DNA from: the human T2T-CHM13v2.0 reference genome, Homo sapiens
Length of the DNA: 64,000 nt
NCBI RefSeq assembly: GCF_009914755.1
Contig: NC_060929.1
Reading direction: 5' to 3' (one strand)
Part shown: positions 1-16,184 of the stretch, in pieces
How the letters are laid out: each line of letters starts with the position of its first letter
Numbering within the stretch: position 1 is the first letter of the stretch
Notes under the pieces: model-generated
The model's input: only the letters and a program-made list of their open reading frames with translations
Database searches by the model: none
What the model was told of the DNA's origin: nothing
Position numbers and translations under genes: made by a program

Positions 1-111
1 GCAGAGGGGCATGTGGCAAGGAAGAACAGGGAGGGATATCAGAAAGAAAGGTGATGTTCTTGTCATCCCAGGAGGAGAAATATACATGCTGATTGACTCT
101 AGCTTTTGACA

Positions 112-862
112 TTTTTTTAACTTTTATTTTAAGTTCAGGGGTACATGCGCAGGTTTGTTACATAGGTAAACTCATGTCATGAGGGTTTGTTGAACAGATT
201 ATTTTATTACTGAGGTATTAAGCCTAGTACCCACTAGTTATTTTTCCTGATCCTCTCCCACCTCTCAACCTCCACCCTCCAATAGGTCCCAGTGTCTGTT
301 TTTCTGCTCTATATGTCCATGTGTTCTCATTGTTTAGCTCCCACTTATAAGTGAGAACATGTGGTATTTGGTTTTCTGTTCCTGTGTTAGTTTGCTAAGG
401 ATAGTGGCCTCCAGATCCATCTATGTTCCTACAAATGACATGATCTCAGTCTTTTTTAATGGCTGCCTAGTATTCCATGGTATATATGTACCACATTTTC
501 TTTATCCAGTCTACCATTGTGGGCATTTAGGTAGATTCCATGTCTTTACTGTTGTGAATAGTGCTGCAATGAACATACTCATGCATGTGTCTTTATGATA
601 GAAGATTTATATTTCTTTGGGTATATATATACCCAGTAATGGGATTGCTGAGTCAAATGGTATTTCTGTTTTTAGGTCTTTGAAGAATCGCCCCACTGTC
701 TTCCACAATGGTTAAACTGATTCACACTCCCACTAACCGTGTATAAGGGTTGCTTTTTCTCTGCAACCTCACCAGCATCTGTTATTTTTTGACTTTTTAG
801 TAATAGTCACTCTAACTGATGCGAGATGGTAGGTATCTCATTGTGGTTTTGATTTGATTTTC
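112..862 (-). mobile_element. L1PA13-16-like LINE-1 3' end (5'-truncated)
   Basis: T-rich tail followed by TTTTATTTTAAGTTCAGGGGTACATG...GCTCCCACTTATAAGTGAGAACATG...GGTTTTGATTTG, the reverse complement of an older L1PA 3' UTR and ORF2 end. Confidence 0.9.
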
Positions 863-899
863 TGTATATATTTAAGCATACTTATTAAAGACTTGAGGT

Positions 900-2470
900 T
901 AACCACTGAGAATTAGGATGCCTTACTCCCAAATCATTTGGAGGAAAAAAAGGAACAAATAACTTAATCACATAAGCAGTTAAGGAAAAGAGACGGCAAG
1001 AAAGCATATAAAAGATAAACTACGAACTATGGTTCTGAGAACATAGTCAATTTTATCAGTAATCATGATACATTTTCCTGGGTTAAATGTATATATTAAA
1101 AGACAAAGATTCTCCTACTGGAGAAATGTTACAGCCATTTGTTATTTTTCAGAAATCCAAATACAATGACACAACATAGGGAGGTTAAAAATAAAAGAAG
1201 GCAAAAAGGTATTGAAAGCAAAGGCTAACAAAAGGAGAGCATATATAGGGACATTAAAATGAGATAAAGTAGAATTCAGGATAAAAACTACTGAAAGGGG
1301 ACAAAGATGGATATTTCATATTAATAAAATGTTAACTCCATTAAAACTTTACTATTATCATGAATATTTGTGCTCCTAACAACTTAATTTTGAAATAAAA
1401 ATCTTATTAAAAGAAAAATAAACAATTTCATAATCACAATGAGAAACTTCAACAAGTGTATCTTTAAATATTAATTAACAAATTAAAGATATTGAGAATT
1501 TAGGATGCATAATTCAATTGCTTGATCTATAAATTGTGGTAGAACTTTGTATCCAAGGAACAGAATACATGTTATTTTCAAACAGATGGAACATTCACAA
1601 ATTTACAATATATTGGGAAATTTTTTTAAATGGTGACAAATTTTCAAAGCACAACTCATGCAGACCCTTTTAACTTATTGAAATATAATAAAATTTTATT
1701 AAAATCCAGTAAATTAAAATCCAATGAAAATTCAAATTTAACATCAAAGGGTCAGTAACCCAAAAGCTAACAACAAAAGGCCAGCAACCATTCCAAAGCA
1801 TCAGCAGATATTTAGAAGACTAAGGTCTTCTAAATAAATTTTGGATCAAAGAAGAAACAAGGCAGAATTTTTAAAAATACCATATAGAAAACTGGCATGA
1901 CAGCCCTATGTATCTAATGTAGTGGGACCGATTCCTAACCAGATGTAAGTTCCATACAGCAAGTAGAAAAGAGGAAAAGGTGAGGCAGGCAGATGAACGC
2001 TGGCTGGGCATGTCTCCTACATGGCCAAGCTGATACCCAAGGGAAAAAAAATGCATTTATTAGAAAAAAATTTTGCATAAAAACCAAAGAAGTATTCAAC
2101 TCTAGAAGCTAAGCAATGAAATAAACCAGAGAGATGATAGAAAGTAATAAATATTAAAAGGAAAAATAGTAAAATTGATAACAAATATATTGGTAGAATT
2201 ATCAGTAAAATAGAAAGATGATTCTTTTTTTAGAGACTAGTACAGAATACAAAACAAAGGTCAGCAAGTTTGATTAAGAAAACATGTGAGAGAAAAAAAC
2301 CAAATATATCCAAAGAAGATTTTTTAAACTTTAAAAAACACTCTGTGCAACTTAATATCAATAAACCTGAAAATCTGGCAGAAATTAATTTAGGTTTAAA
2401 TCAGAATATCGAAATGGGACAATTTCTGTTTCAGTTTTCTCAAAAGCTCCAAAAGTCAGAAACTAAAAGA
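900..2470 (+). mobile_element. Old L1M fragment (ORF2 endonuclease region), highly degenerate
   Basis: A-rich sense strand with L1 ORF2 5' motifs ATTAAAAGACAAAGATT, TATTTGTGCTCCTAACAAC, AGAATACATGTTATTTTCAAAC and TGGATCAAAGAAGAAA. Confidence 0.75.
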
Positions 2471-2844
2471 ACAGGTGCAGTATTTCCAATCTCCAAAGTG
2501 AGGCACTGAATGACTTGTGCAGATCCTGCAATAGAGGCCTCTTATCCATACAGCCTAATGCCAACGAGAAGCTATGAAAGGGTTGAAGCTGTTAGAAATA
2601 AAAGGGTGTTGGCTCAATGTCAGTTCCTCCTCCTGCCCCAGTGAGGGAAAATGTGTCCCCTGCAGTCTGGGACACACAGTGGGCTGCTACCTGACTCATC
2701 CTTGAAAACAGAGCCCAGTGGCAAAGCTGGGAAATGACTACTTTCTCACTTGTGGTGGGTTGTATGCACATAATTCCTGGACACCGTATGGGAAATGCTC
2801 AGTGATAATATCATGATGGAGTCATTGGAAGGGATACCATCCAT

Positions 2845-3040
2845 GGTAGTCTCCCAGACCTGCTATTACAAAGTACGACAAACTGGGTGCTTCAAACAAA
2901 AAAAAATGTGTTCTTTCTGGAGGCTAAAACTTTGAAATCAAGATGTCAGCCTGGTCTGGCTACTCAGCTCCCTCTGAGTCTCTGACAGAACTCTCTTCCT
3001 TGACTCTTCCTAGCTTCTATAATGGCGGTCACTGGAAGCT
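2845..3040 (-). mobile_element. MLT1 (MaLR) LTR 3' fragment
   Basis: CTGCTATTACAAAGTACGACAAACTGGGTGCTTCAAACAA...TCTGGAGGCT...GAAATCAAGATGTCAGC matches the reverse complement of the MLT1 3' end. Confidence 0.7.
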
Positions 3041-3076
3041 GTGCAACTGTATCATACAATCTATACAAATATGGAT

Positions 3077-3528
3077 AGCTCTGTTTCCTAGGGCTGCTAT
3101 AACAAGAAAATGTGCCACAAACTTTGGTGGCTTAAAACAACAGGTATTTATTATCTTACAGTTCTAGAGATTGGAAGTCCAAAGTTAAGTTGTCAGTAGG
3201 GCCGTGCTTTCTCTGAAGGTTCTAGAGGAGGGTCATTCCTTGAGTCATCCTAGCTTCTGGTGTTGCCGGCAATCCTTTATGTTCCTCAGCTTGCAATAAC
3301 ATCAGTTCAGTGTCTGCCTCTGTTGTCACACGGCACGCTCCCTGTGTATTTCTGTCTTCTCTTATTATAAGGACACCAGTCATATTGGATTAGGGTCCAC
3401 CCTGATGAACTCGTCTTAAGTGAATTACATTTGCAAATAACCTATTTCCAAAAAAAGGTCACATTCACAATTACCAAAAGTTAGGACTTCAACATCTCTC
3501 TTTAGGGGACACAGTACAACCCATAACA
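3077..3528 (-). mobile_element. MLT1C-like MaLR solo LTR
   Basis: GTTTCCTAGGGCTGCTATAACA...TAAGGACACCAGTCATATTGGATTAGGG...GGGGACACAGTACAACCCATAACA, near full length. Confidence 0.88.
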
Positions 3529-5440
3529 ACACCCAAGAGCATGCCTCTCTGGGCTGGACACCTTGGCAGAAACAGATTTGAGATATCCATGCATAGGGAG
3601 ATTGTGTGACCAACTGCTTTAGTCCAGAGAGGTGCTCCAAAAGGCCCTGCAGGATCTCTGGAAGGTCCACACGGCACTCCCAGGATAGAGTTTGATTTAA
3701 ACAATGGCCTCAACTCCAGGAAATGAGTGCCAGATGATGGCTGCATCTTGTAAGTATGCCTCTCCTTCCCTCATCTTTCTTATACCTTGCAGGAGTCCAA
3801 CACCACCTGGGGAAATGATAGCAGAGGAAGAGAAGAACAAGGCAGGGGAACTAGAGAAGCCAGCAACATGCCCTTCACCCTGTAGGTTGGCCTGTAGCAG
3901 CCCTAAATTAGGTAAAGACCCAGCTTTTGTTTGCTTTTTAATTGTTACAGTAGGCATGACATATTAATTCTAAAATAAAACTCTTCTTATAACTGAAAGG
4001 GACATGATTTCTAGGAGTCAGTGGGGGAAAATATGGGGCCAAGGGCAGAGAAGAACTAGACCTACAGAAAGGGGTTTTGCTGGGAGTATATCAAAACGAT
4101 AATGTTGTTTTGATTATAAGCCATGAGTCCCAATGTCCAGTACTCTGGCATCATATTTTATTTTACCAAATTGGCTCGAGAGGAAGTTGAAATCCTGGAG
4201 AGCTTTATAATCCCAGGAGAAATTGTAAATGTTTCCAAAGAATTGGCTCAGTTATTACATACTTTTTAAGAGAAAAATTAACATTAAAAACAAATTATCT
4301 TTAACTGGAAAAAATGAAAGTACTGAGATACTAATGGTGAGTGATAATACATAAAGATATCAAGTACTTAGAATTTTAGATTGACATGTAACCTTCCTAG
4401 TCTGTAGGCAGCATATTGTAACACTTAAATATCAACCGAGATTATAACAGCCTTTGATTTCACAACCAGTAAAACATCCACTCTAGAGCCTTCCAGTAAT
4501 CCATTCAGTTATTCAGCCAGCATATTTGTCTCTCACAGAGCCCAAACTGCTTAAAATCTTTTACTAGTATGTTTATCAAAACAAACATAACCCATGTTAA
4601 GATGGTTAGATAGGAAGATTAAAGGCTTCTAAGCCCAAGAGGCTTTGACAACCAATTTTTATGTCTAGAAACAAACCACAGAAATTCAGCTTCTAATGAC
4701 ATGCAAATGGACCTTGAGCAGGAAAAGGAAAAGTTTGATGTCCACTGTAGAGTTGCTGTGTAAAAACTCATTCCTCAATCATATACTATAACCTTTGATT
4801 ATAAAAATCCTAAGTGGTTGAAATAAGGTTAAAATGCAGTACATCCCCAGTCATGTAATAGCCTCAGGAAACTCTGACAGTATTAATAAATGTCCTTGCA
4901 CTTCTCAGTTAACCTATAGGAATACTGAAGATCAATTCTAGTACTTTGCTCTAGGTGGGCCCAGATTGATAGCCTGGAACCTTATCAAAATAGGCACGTG
5001 GCACCAAGATGTTTCCTAGAAGTGCTCTCACTTCCTAGTGGATGTATTTCATTGTAACCCATCAATGATTCAGAGTACTGTGGTTTCAAAATGATTAATA
5101 TGTAAGGGTTGTAACAATGTGAGTCAGATGAAGCAGAAAAGGTGTGAGGAAATAAAACCATTATAGGAAAGTACACCACAAATTTGTGGATATAGTTAGT
5201 CAGTGAAAAAGAGTATAATAGAGTGTGCAACCTTAGTCATTCACATTTTCTCCTCATCTGGCAAATGCAAATTACTTAGAGGATTCATGTAATGAATCAC
5301 AAATGAAAATCATCATGGATTTTACTTTGCATTATTCTCTTAACATATTTATTTACGCCCCAATATGTGCCAGAAATTGTGCTAGGTGCACAATTGGACA
5401 GATGATAGGTAGGTAGGTAAATAGATAGGTAGATTAATAG

Positions 5441-5816
5441 TGTTAGGGTTGGAATGTGTCTGCAAAATTCATGTGTTGTAAACTTCATCCCCAGCACAAC
5501 CATGTTGAGACGTGGGACCTTCAAGAGGTAATTAGATTATGAGGGCTCTGCCCTCACGAGTGAATTCCTGATAAAAGGATGATGATGTATTCAGCCCCCG
5601 TTTTCTCTCTTCCACCCCCTCTCTTTCTCCTGCACACATAATCTCTTGCCCTCCTGCCTTCTGCTATGAGATGACACAGGAAGAAGTTCCTCATCAGACG
5701 TGGGCCCCTCCATCTTCTACTTCCCAGTCTCCAAAGTTGTAAGAAATAAGTCTCTGGTTTTATAAATTACACAGTCTCAGGTATTCTGTTATAGCAACAC
5801 AAAATAGACTAAGACA
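5441..5816 (+). mobile_element. MST (MSTC/MSTD-like) MaLR solo LTR
   Basis: TGTTAGGGTTGGAATGTGTC...AAATTCATGTGTTG...CAGTCTCAGGTATTCTGTTATAGCAACACAAAATAGACTAAGACA with TG..CA termini. Confidence 0.88.
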
Positions 5817-5842
5817 GACAGATAGGTAGGTAGAGAGACTAT

Positions 5843-5886
<44 letters not shown>
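5843..5886 (+). repeat. (GATA)11 tetranucleotide microsatellite
   Basis: 11 perfect GATA units, with degenerate GATA/GGTA units at 5401-5440 and 5817-5842. Confidence 0.97.
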
Positions 5887-5888
<2 letters not shown>

Positions 5889-6404
5889 CACTCTTGGCCC
5901 TCAAAGAATTCCCATTCAGGAAAGGCCTCAGACAAGTAAATATTTTCTACTGACTAAAAGTCCAAAGACATAATTAAGTATTCAGGGCCAGAACATGGAT
6001 TTTGAAACTCCCCTGAGGAATTTATGTGCCCAAGCCATTGAATTGGATTGGTCCTTGATATATTTATAGCACTCAGTGTCAATTTTTTTCCATGAAGCAC
6101 AAAATAATACTAAGTTCTTAAGTCCCTTAGGGATAACTTATTGCAAGTTAGTAATGTGAATTTAAAATACTCCCTCATTTTGTTCACCTCTAAAATGATG
6201 GAATATGGGAAAAAACTCACATATTTTATGAAAGTTGTTTGGCATAGCTAAAATGATAAATTTTTAAATAAATACATTTAACTCTTTAGTTGTGTTAAGA
6301 CCCTAGATTACTGAACAGCATGATGAGCTATTTTTTTCTTTTTAAAACTGGTACACAGAAAATTGCAATTCATCTCTAACTTAGGAACCACTAAAACTAA
6401 GGTC

Positions 6405-6505
6405 ATTTAGAGCAATAATTGTGTCTTTATTCAATATGATATAACTGTAGTACTTAGCACAATCCCTTATTTATATTAAGTACTCAGTAAATATTGGTTG
6501 AATCA
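6405..6505 (+). mobile_element. L2 3' end
   Basis: TGTGTCTTTATTC...TAGCACAAT...TACTCAGTAAATATTGGTTGAAT. Confidence 0.6.
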
Positions 6506-6614
6506 AGTAGTAGAATACTAATAGATCATGTGACTATAATAAAGTAACATTTCGGACAGTGCCAACTTACCAAATTTTCAGATGAATAAAGGAAACTGGC
6601 TCTTTATGAGTTTT

Positions 6615-6815
6615 CATTCTTCTCTTCATTCATTTATTTGTTTCTTTGTTAATATATTGATTCATTCAACCCACTGAGTGAGTGCCTATTATATGCAAAA
6701 TGCTGTGGAAGGGAAAAAGACAAATCATACAGGGATCCCGTCCTCAAAGTTGACAGTCTAATAATAACATATCCGTAACACTTATACAAATACAAGACAC
6801 ACACATGGAAAGGCA
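6615..6815 (-). mobile_element. L2 3' end (probably continues at about 11790-11960)
   Basis: TTCATTCATTTATT...TTCATTCAAC...GAGTGCCTATTATATGC...GTCCTCAAAGTTGACAGTCTA. Confidence 0.65.
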
Positions 6816-6820
6816 TAAAC

Positions 6821-6974
6821 CGGTGTTGGCCAATATAGTAGCTACCAGCCACATGTGGCCATTGAACACTTGAAATGTAGTGTATCCAAATTGAGATGTA
6901 GAGTAAGTGTAAAGTATGCCCTAGGTATTGAAGACTCAATAGAAAAAAAGATGTAAAATATCTCATTAATTTTT
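6821..6974 (+). mobile_element. MER33 (hAT-Charlie) left part
   Basis: CCAATATAGTAGCTACCAGCCACATGTGGCCATTGAACACTTGAAATG...AATTGAGATG...GTAAAATATCTCATTAAT. Confidence 0.88.
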
Positions 6975-7189
6975 TTGTTATTATACTTTAAGTTCCGGGA
7001 AACATGTGCAGAACATGCAGGTTTGTTATATGGGTATACATGTGCCATGGTGGTTTGCTGCACCCATCAACCCGTCATCAACATTAGTATTTCTCCTAAT
7101 GCTATCCCTCCCCTAGCCCCCACCCCCCCAACAGGCCTGAGTGTGTGATGTTCCCCTCACTCTGTCCATGTGTTCTCATTGTTCAACTC

Positions 7190-10993
<3,804 letters not shown>

Positions 10994-11056
10994 TATGATG
11001 CTAGCTAGTTATTTTGCCCGTTAGTTGATGCAGTTTCTTCATAGTGTCGATGGTCT

Positions 11057-11556
11057 TTACAATTTGGCATGTTTATGCAGTGGCTGGTACCTGTTGTTCC
11101 TTTCCATATTTAGTGTTTTCTTCAGGAGCTCTTGTAAGGCAGGCCTGGTGGTGACAAAATCTCTCAGCATTTGCTTGTCTGTATAGGATTTTTATCTCTC
11201 CTTCACTTTTGAAGCTTAGTTTGGCTGGATATGAAATTCTGGGTTGAAAATTCTTTTCTTTAAGAATGTTAAATATTGGCCCCCACTCTCTTCTGGCTTG
11301 TAAGGTTTCTGCAGAGAGATCTGCTGTTGGTCTGATGGGCTTCCCTTTGTGGGTAACCAGACCTTTCTCTCTGTCTGCCCTTAACATTTTTTCCTTCATT
11401 TCACCCTTGGTGAATCTGATGATTATGTGTCTTGGGGTTGCTTTTCTCGAGGAGTATCTTTGTGGTGTTCTCTGTATTTCCTGAATTTGAATGTTGGCCA
11501 GTCTTGCTAGGTTGGAGAAGTTCTCCTGGATAATATCCTGAAGAGTGTTTTCCAAC
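11057..11556 (-). pseudogene. L1 ORF1 C-terminal remnant (frameshifted)
   Basis: ENTLQDIIQENF...QEIQRTPQRYSSRKATPRHIIIRF...ARREWGPIFNILKEKNFQPRISYPAKLSF is the ORF1p RRM/CTD region. Confidence 0.95.
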
Positions 11557-11557
11557 G

Positions 11558-11776
11558 TTAATTTTTATATTGATTACATATTGAAATTATAATATTTGGA
11601 ATAAATAGGAAGTTTAAATAAAATGTATTATTCAATTAAATAAAATATTTATTGAACATAATTGAATAAAATATTAGAATTATTTAAACCTATTTCTTTT
11701 TAACTTTTCCATGTGGCTACTAGAAAACATGGAATTACAGATGTTGCTCACACAATATTTCTATTGGACAGTGGTC
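11558..11776 (+). mobile_element. MER33 right part
   Basis: AATTTTTATATTGATTACATATTGAAAT...ATGTGGCTACTAGAAAA...ATATTTCTATTGGACAGTG continues MER33 where it broke off at 6974 and ends in the TIR. Confidence 0.88.
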
Positions 11777-11789
11777 ATGTGGATATGGT

Positions 11790-11960
11790 ATTATAAATGT
11801 TTAGAGATTTTAGCAATTCATTTCAGCATTGAGGAGGTGGGAACAGGGGATCAAAAGGCTTAATGGAAAAGATGGCATTTGAACTGAGGGGCTTTCTAAA
11901 GTTTAGACATGTAAGGAGTGCAAGTAGAGGATGCAGGAGGAACAAACCTGAGTTTGACTG
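11790..11960 (-). mobile_element. L2 fragment
   Basis: GGATCAAAAGGCTTAATGGAAAAGATGGCATTTGAACTGAGG resembles antisense L2. Confidence 0.5.
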
Positions 11961-12059
11961 CGTCCACAACCACTTCAGGCAACGTGGTGGAGATCTAGCT
12001 TTGACACATGTAAGGGGCCCCAGGTGGCTTACAACAAACTTCTTTCCCATCTTCCATTT

Positions 12060-12290
12060 ACTTATATGCTTTCCAATCATCAAAGTACTTTAAGCCACAT
12101 TTTCACATTTTTTTTGTACTAGACTCTCTGACATAGAACATTCCCTCCATTTTAAGGAAAATAAAGCAAAATTTAGATTATCGGTAAAGCCCTCAGGTGA
12201 AAAGGCCAGTAAGTGGTCGAACTACTGTACTTAGAACACAATACTTCTGAGTAGTTTTCCTTAGGATCTTCCTGGTATATCACACTGCTT
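12060..12290 (-). mobile_element. MIR/MIR3 fragment
   Basis: CTCCATTTTAAGGAAAATAAAGC...CAGTAAGTGG...TAGAACAC...CTTCTGA, a degenerate antisense core. Confidence 0.45.
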
Positions 12291-12547
12291 CCCTCTCATA
12301 GGATTGTGCTCCTCAAAGCAGTCTTGTAACCAATCCAATATACTAGAAGTCCTTCAGGTGAAGTACACCTTAGGCCCAGCCATCTGCTGTAAACTCCTCG
12401 GATACTGCCAGGTCCTACAGTGGCACCAGCTGCCCTGAGACAAACCTAAGCTGCAGAACCCCAAGGCAGGTGCACCTGAGAAACAAAAGGAGAAGTGAAC
12501 ATCTTGCCTTGATAGTTGTTTAAAAAAAAAAAGAGAGAGAGAAGAAA

Positions 12548-12650
12548 AACTGTTGTTGCTGAGTGCCTACTACAGGTCAAGCAGTGTATTTGTCATGTTG
12601 GTACCCTATGTTATCTAAATCTCACAGCAACCTTAGGAATAGTTATTACT
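12548..12650 (-). mobile_element. MIR 3' fragment
   Basis: TGAGTGCCTACTACAGGTCAAGCA...ATCTAAATCTCACAGCAACCTTAGG. Confidence 0.6.
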
Positions 12651-12864
12651 AAACTGTTTCAGGATTGGAGATTCTTCACAATACCTCATAAAGCTGACAT
12701 TAACTGACCATCCAATATTCTCCAAGTCTCATTATGCCTTCCTGGGCTCCTGGACCCTTCCTGGCAAGTAATCCTCAGAATCCCCTGGAGATTAATATGT
12801 ATGAGGTGTGGGCTACAGTTCCATAGTCTAAAATGGTAACTACCAATCCCCATTTTGAATGCAT

Positions 12865-13115
12865 AACAATAACATCACTGTACATTTCTCGACAGCTGAC
12901 TATGAAGTATACAATATGCCAGAGATTTTATATGATCCACATAACCATATTATGAGGAAGAGCCCATTACTTTTCCCCATTTTTAAAGATGAACAGACAG
13001 TTTGAAAAAGGTGAACTGACTTGGGTAAGGTCATACCATGGTAAATGGCAGAGTTGGGATCCAACCCCTTGACCATCTGTCTCCAAAGTCCAAGTTCTTT
13101 ACTATTGCATTACAC
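12865..13115 (-). mobile_element. MIRb
   Basis: CCCCATTTTTAAAGATGAAC...GACTTGGGTAAGGTCATAC...AATGGCAGAGTTGGGATCCAACCCC...CTCCAAAGTCC. Confidence 0.8.
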
Positions 13116-14304
13116 TGATCCCTGTTATTCCCATTGCCCTGAGCAGCCTGAGTGCCACTGAAAGAGGCCATAGGATCTATACCAACCAGATGAACCTGCA
13201 GGAATGCCACTCTATGGTATAAAAAAGTTGAGTAGCTAGTTTATCATTATTCTCCCACAACATTTTGGTAAGCAAGGTGAGACTGGATCACATTTTCCCT
13301 CTAATGGCATGATTTGTTAATTTGATCCTTATAATCAGAAGACTTTGGAATAGGCCTTCCTAGTTTGCCTTAATATCTATTCTAAAGACTGTTTGCAACC
13401 ATATTGATAGGCCTCTAAGTGTATGTTCATCTACATACAAAGAAACCACTTGACTAGTTGCAGATTAAACCACAGGTCAGTGACAAAAGAACAATTCAAA
13501 TTTTTAGCCCCAAATTAGTGGCCTGCTGCCCAGCCTACAGCATGCTATTGCTTCTCCAGATATCAGAAGGCAATACCTCTGTGTCTGATGCACCATACGC
13601 TAGACAATCCTGACAATTTACTGTGGTTTCATGCCCCAACTATTATATTACCATCAGCCCTGATGATTGCTTAGGCAATGAATTTTGTGGTAATGATATA
13701 TTCCAGACCTAGGATAGGATAACCCCCATGTGTGGGCTCTGACTTCATGGACTAGCAGGGGAGTATTCAGGCTTTATATGATTCTACACACATTTCTGCT
13801 GACTCAAAAATTGATGTAAAATAGAAAGCGGCATGCTGGGACATAGCAGTTTTTAAAACTCCTTTGGGGAGGCTTTGTTCCTCAATCAATAACTGGATGT
13901 TACATGTTCACATGCAAGTGTATGTCTGTGTTTGTACAAAATGCTTTGGTTTGGGTGATAGAAAAAGTCATTTGGAAATCACGCTAGGATAATCCCATGT
14001 AATTGCTAACGTGATATTAAAATAGTGCTGATTTCATAAAGCTCTTTATTTGACTTAGCTTTCACATATCATTATACTTTTAAGAAATAAAGCCCCAGTG
14101 AAATTTATGGCCACATCTGGCTTTTTTCCCTGTATCTGAGATGCACAAAACATGGCAATTTACATTTACTTGATCTTCCATGAAATGGAAACTTTACCAG
14201 TATTTTAGCAGACCAGACCCCTTCCTTAGAGTGAACAGATGATAGAGATTACTTAAGACCTTCTTGTAGTGTAATAATAATTGTTTTAATTGTAATAAGG
14301 TTCA

Positions 14305-14500
14305 CAGGTTTACTGAGTGCTTACCAGGTACCAAGCACTGTGAAAGGCACTTTACAGGCTCCACAAAATAACCTTACGCTATAGATATCATTAATAGCCA
14401 TGTATTACAAATGAGAAAATAGAGACCTTGTAAGTAGGAATACCAACTCACAAAGTCAATTTCTCTAACTCCAGAGAACACTCTTTAAATCACAGTGCAA
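14305..14500 (-). mobile_element. MIR
   Basis: TTTACTGAGTGCTTACC...CCAAGCACTGTG...TTACAAATGAGAAAATAGAG...TCTAACTCCAGAG. Confidence 0.7.
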
Positions 14501-16184
14501 AATGTTCAAGAAGGTCAGAGCATGGTATTTAGTCTAAGCTGGACTTCTGGACTTAAAATGTTTTAACATATAATCAAAGACATAATTCCTATTTGTGCAT
14601 GAGGTGTGCTGTATTTTGAAGATTTATCTTTGGAAGTACAGTCTGATGTACATGCAGCTGTATGCCTCCAAGACAGGGCATACTGAAGACTACCAGTCAG
14701 ACCTCTCAGTTGAAGGCTCAGACCTGATATCACATGCTAAAAAGGGCACTACTGTCCTATAAATGATAACTGAACAAACTTATCAGCTGTATGTGCCCCA
14801 GAACTACATTAAATACAATCTGATTTGCTTACATAAGGTAGGAAAATGTAATAAGCTAAAGCATACATATCAAAAAAATTGGGTTACCAAATTAAAGTAC
14901 ACACTGTCCTGAGAGCTTCTGAATTTCTAATTCTAGCTACAACCAGTTTACAAATAACTTCTGAATTACAGTCATTTGTTGGAGAGAAAAACAAAGATGC
15001 AAATAACAACCCACAAAGTCTAGCTTATTTTAGAACTGTGGCACCATTTATGAGGAGGCGCATGCTTGTGCTTAAACACATATGCGTGCATTTACTTAGA
15101 TCATATTTATAATTATGATAACTCATGACCATGTTTTCCCAGATCTAGGACTAGACAATGCAACCACTCAACTAACAGCCAAATCTGCAGTGCAGATGTG
15201 ACCAAAGAATGGCCAGAATAATGTTAATTCTGCATCCTCTTAACATGCAAGATTGTTCCTTTTCTAAAAATCAAATTTAAGTCCGAGTCCCTAGTTTGTA
15301 GTCCTTGCCAAGGTTCTCCCAGTACAAACAGCTCCCAAGCTAAATTATGCCAAATTTTGAACATCCCTGTTTACCTCCAATAAACGTCCTCCCAGAAGTC
15401 CTTTGGAAACATGCATAGGAGCAATGTTCTCTGTTTCCTTTTTCTTTTCCAAATGGTTTCATATACCTGAGTCCTATTTAGTTGCTTCTGTGATAGTAAA
15501 AAAATTGCTAATGCATATCTTGCCAGCTTATAAAATAAACTAAGTTTTCTGTGGACTGTTATGAAGAGGCAGTGAGCTACTGTTCATTCCTAAGGCTAAC
15601 TATATCTAGATTGGACAAATTGTTGTTCTCTAAGGTTATGCCAAAGCATTCCACTGAGACTCTGTGCAACGGAGAAGGGGAGATGGCAGAGACTCTTCTG
15701 TCTTAATTTCCTGATCCTATAGAGGCCTCCAATCTAGAGAGGCTTATATGAATAGGCCTGGATTTTCAAAGGATTGTCACCATTGTCATGTTTCCCATTC
15801 ATTTTCATGCATTTTTATGTCACAGTTTGGCCTCACACATTAAATATTTCAAACACTTAAAATGAAATACTCTTCACTGTCGGTTTCTACTGGATCTTTT
15901 ATTTTTTTAAACAGCAGACATTCTCAAAAAGTAGATACTAAATGATTTCTCCAGGTGTTTTGATCACATGGGAATATTTCTTCTAGAGGTCACAGGTTTA
16001 TTTTTCAAAACGGTCTCACTGCTATAATTTTCATATTGGCTTCCCAAAATAGACTGACTATGCATATTATGAAATCATGCTGATATTGAAAAAATCAAAA
16101 CTCTTTGAGCAAGACTGACCATCACACATCCTTGATCAATTTCAGGGTTCAGACAAGAGCACCAAAATACTTGCCTAGTGTCTT

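Larger units (their letters stand above)
5340..5945 (-). mobile_element. L2 3' fragment split by GATA-type repeats and an MST LTR (L2 parts about 5340-5395 and 5891-5945)
   Basis: AACATATTTATT...ATGTGCCAGAAATTGTGCTAGGTGC resumes as GCCCTCAAAGAATTCCCATTC...AGACAAGTAAA, consecutive L2 3' motifs. Confidence 0.6.

Noticed and set aside
2006-2026. p53 response element GGGCATGTCT-C-CTACATGGCC
   Set aside because: Only one half-site is perfect; the second has three mismatches and there is a spacer.
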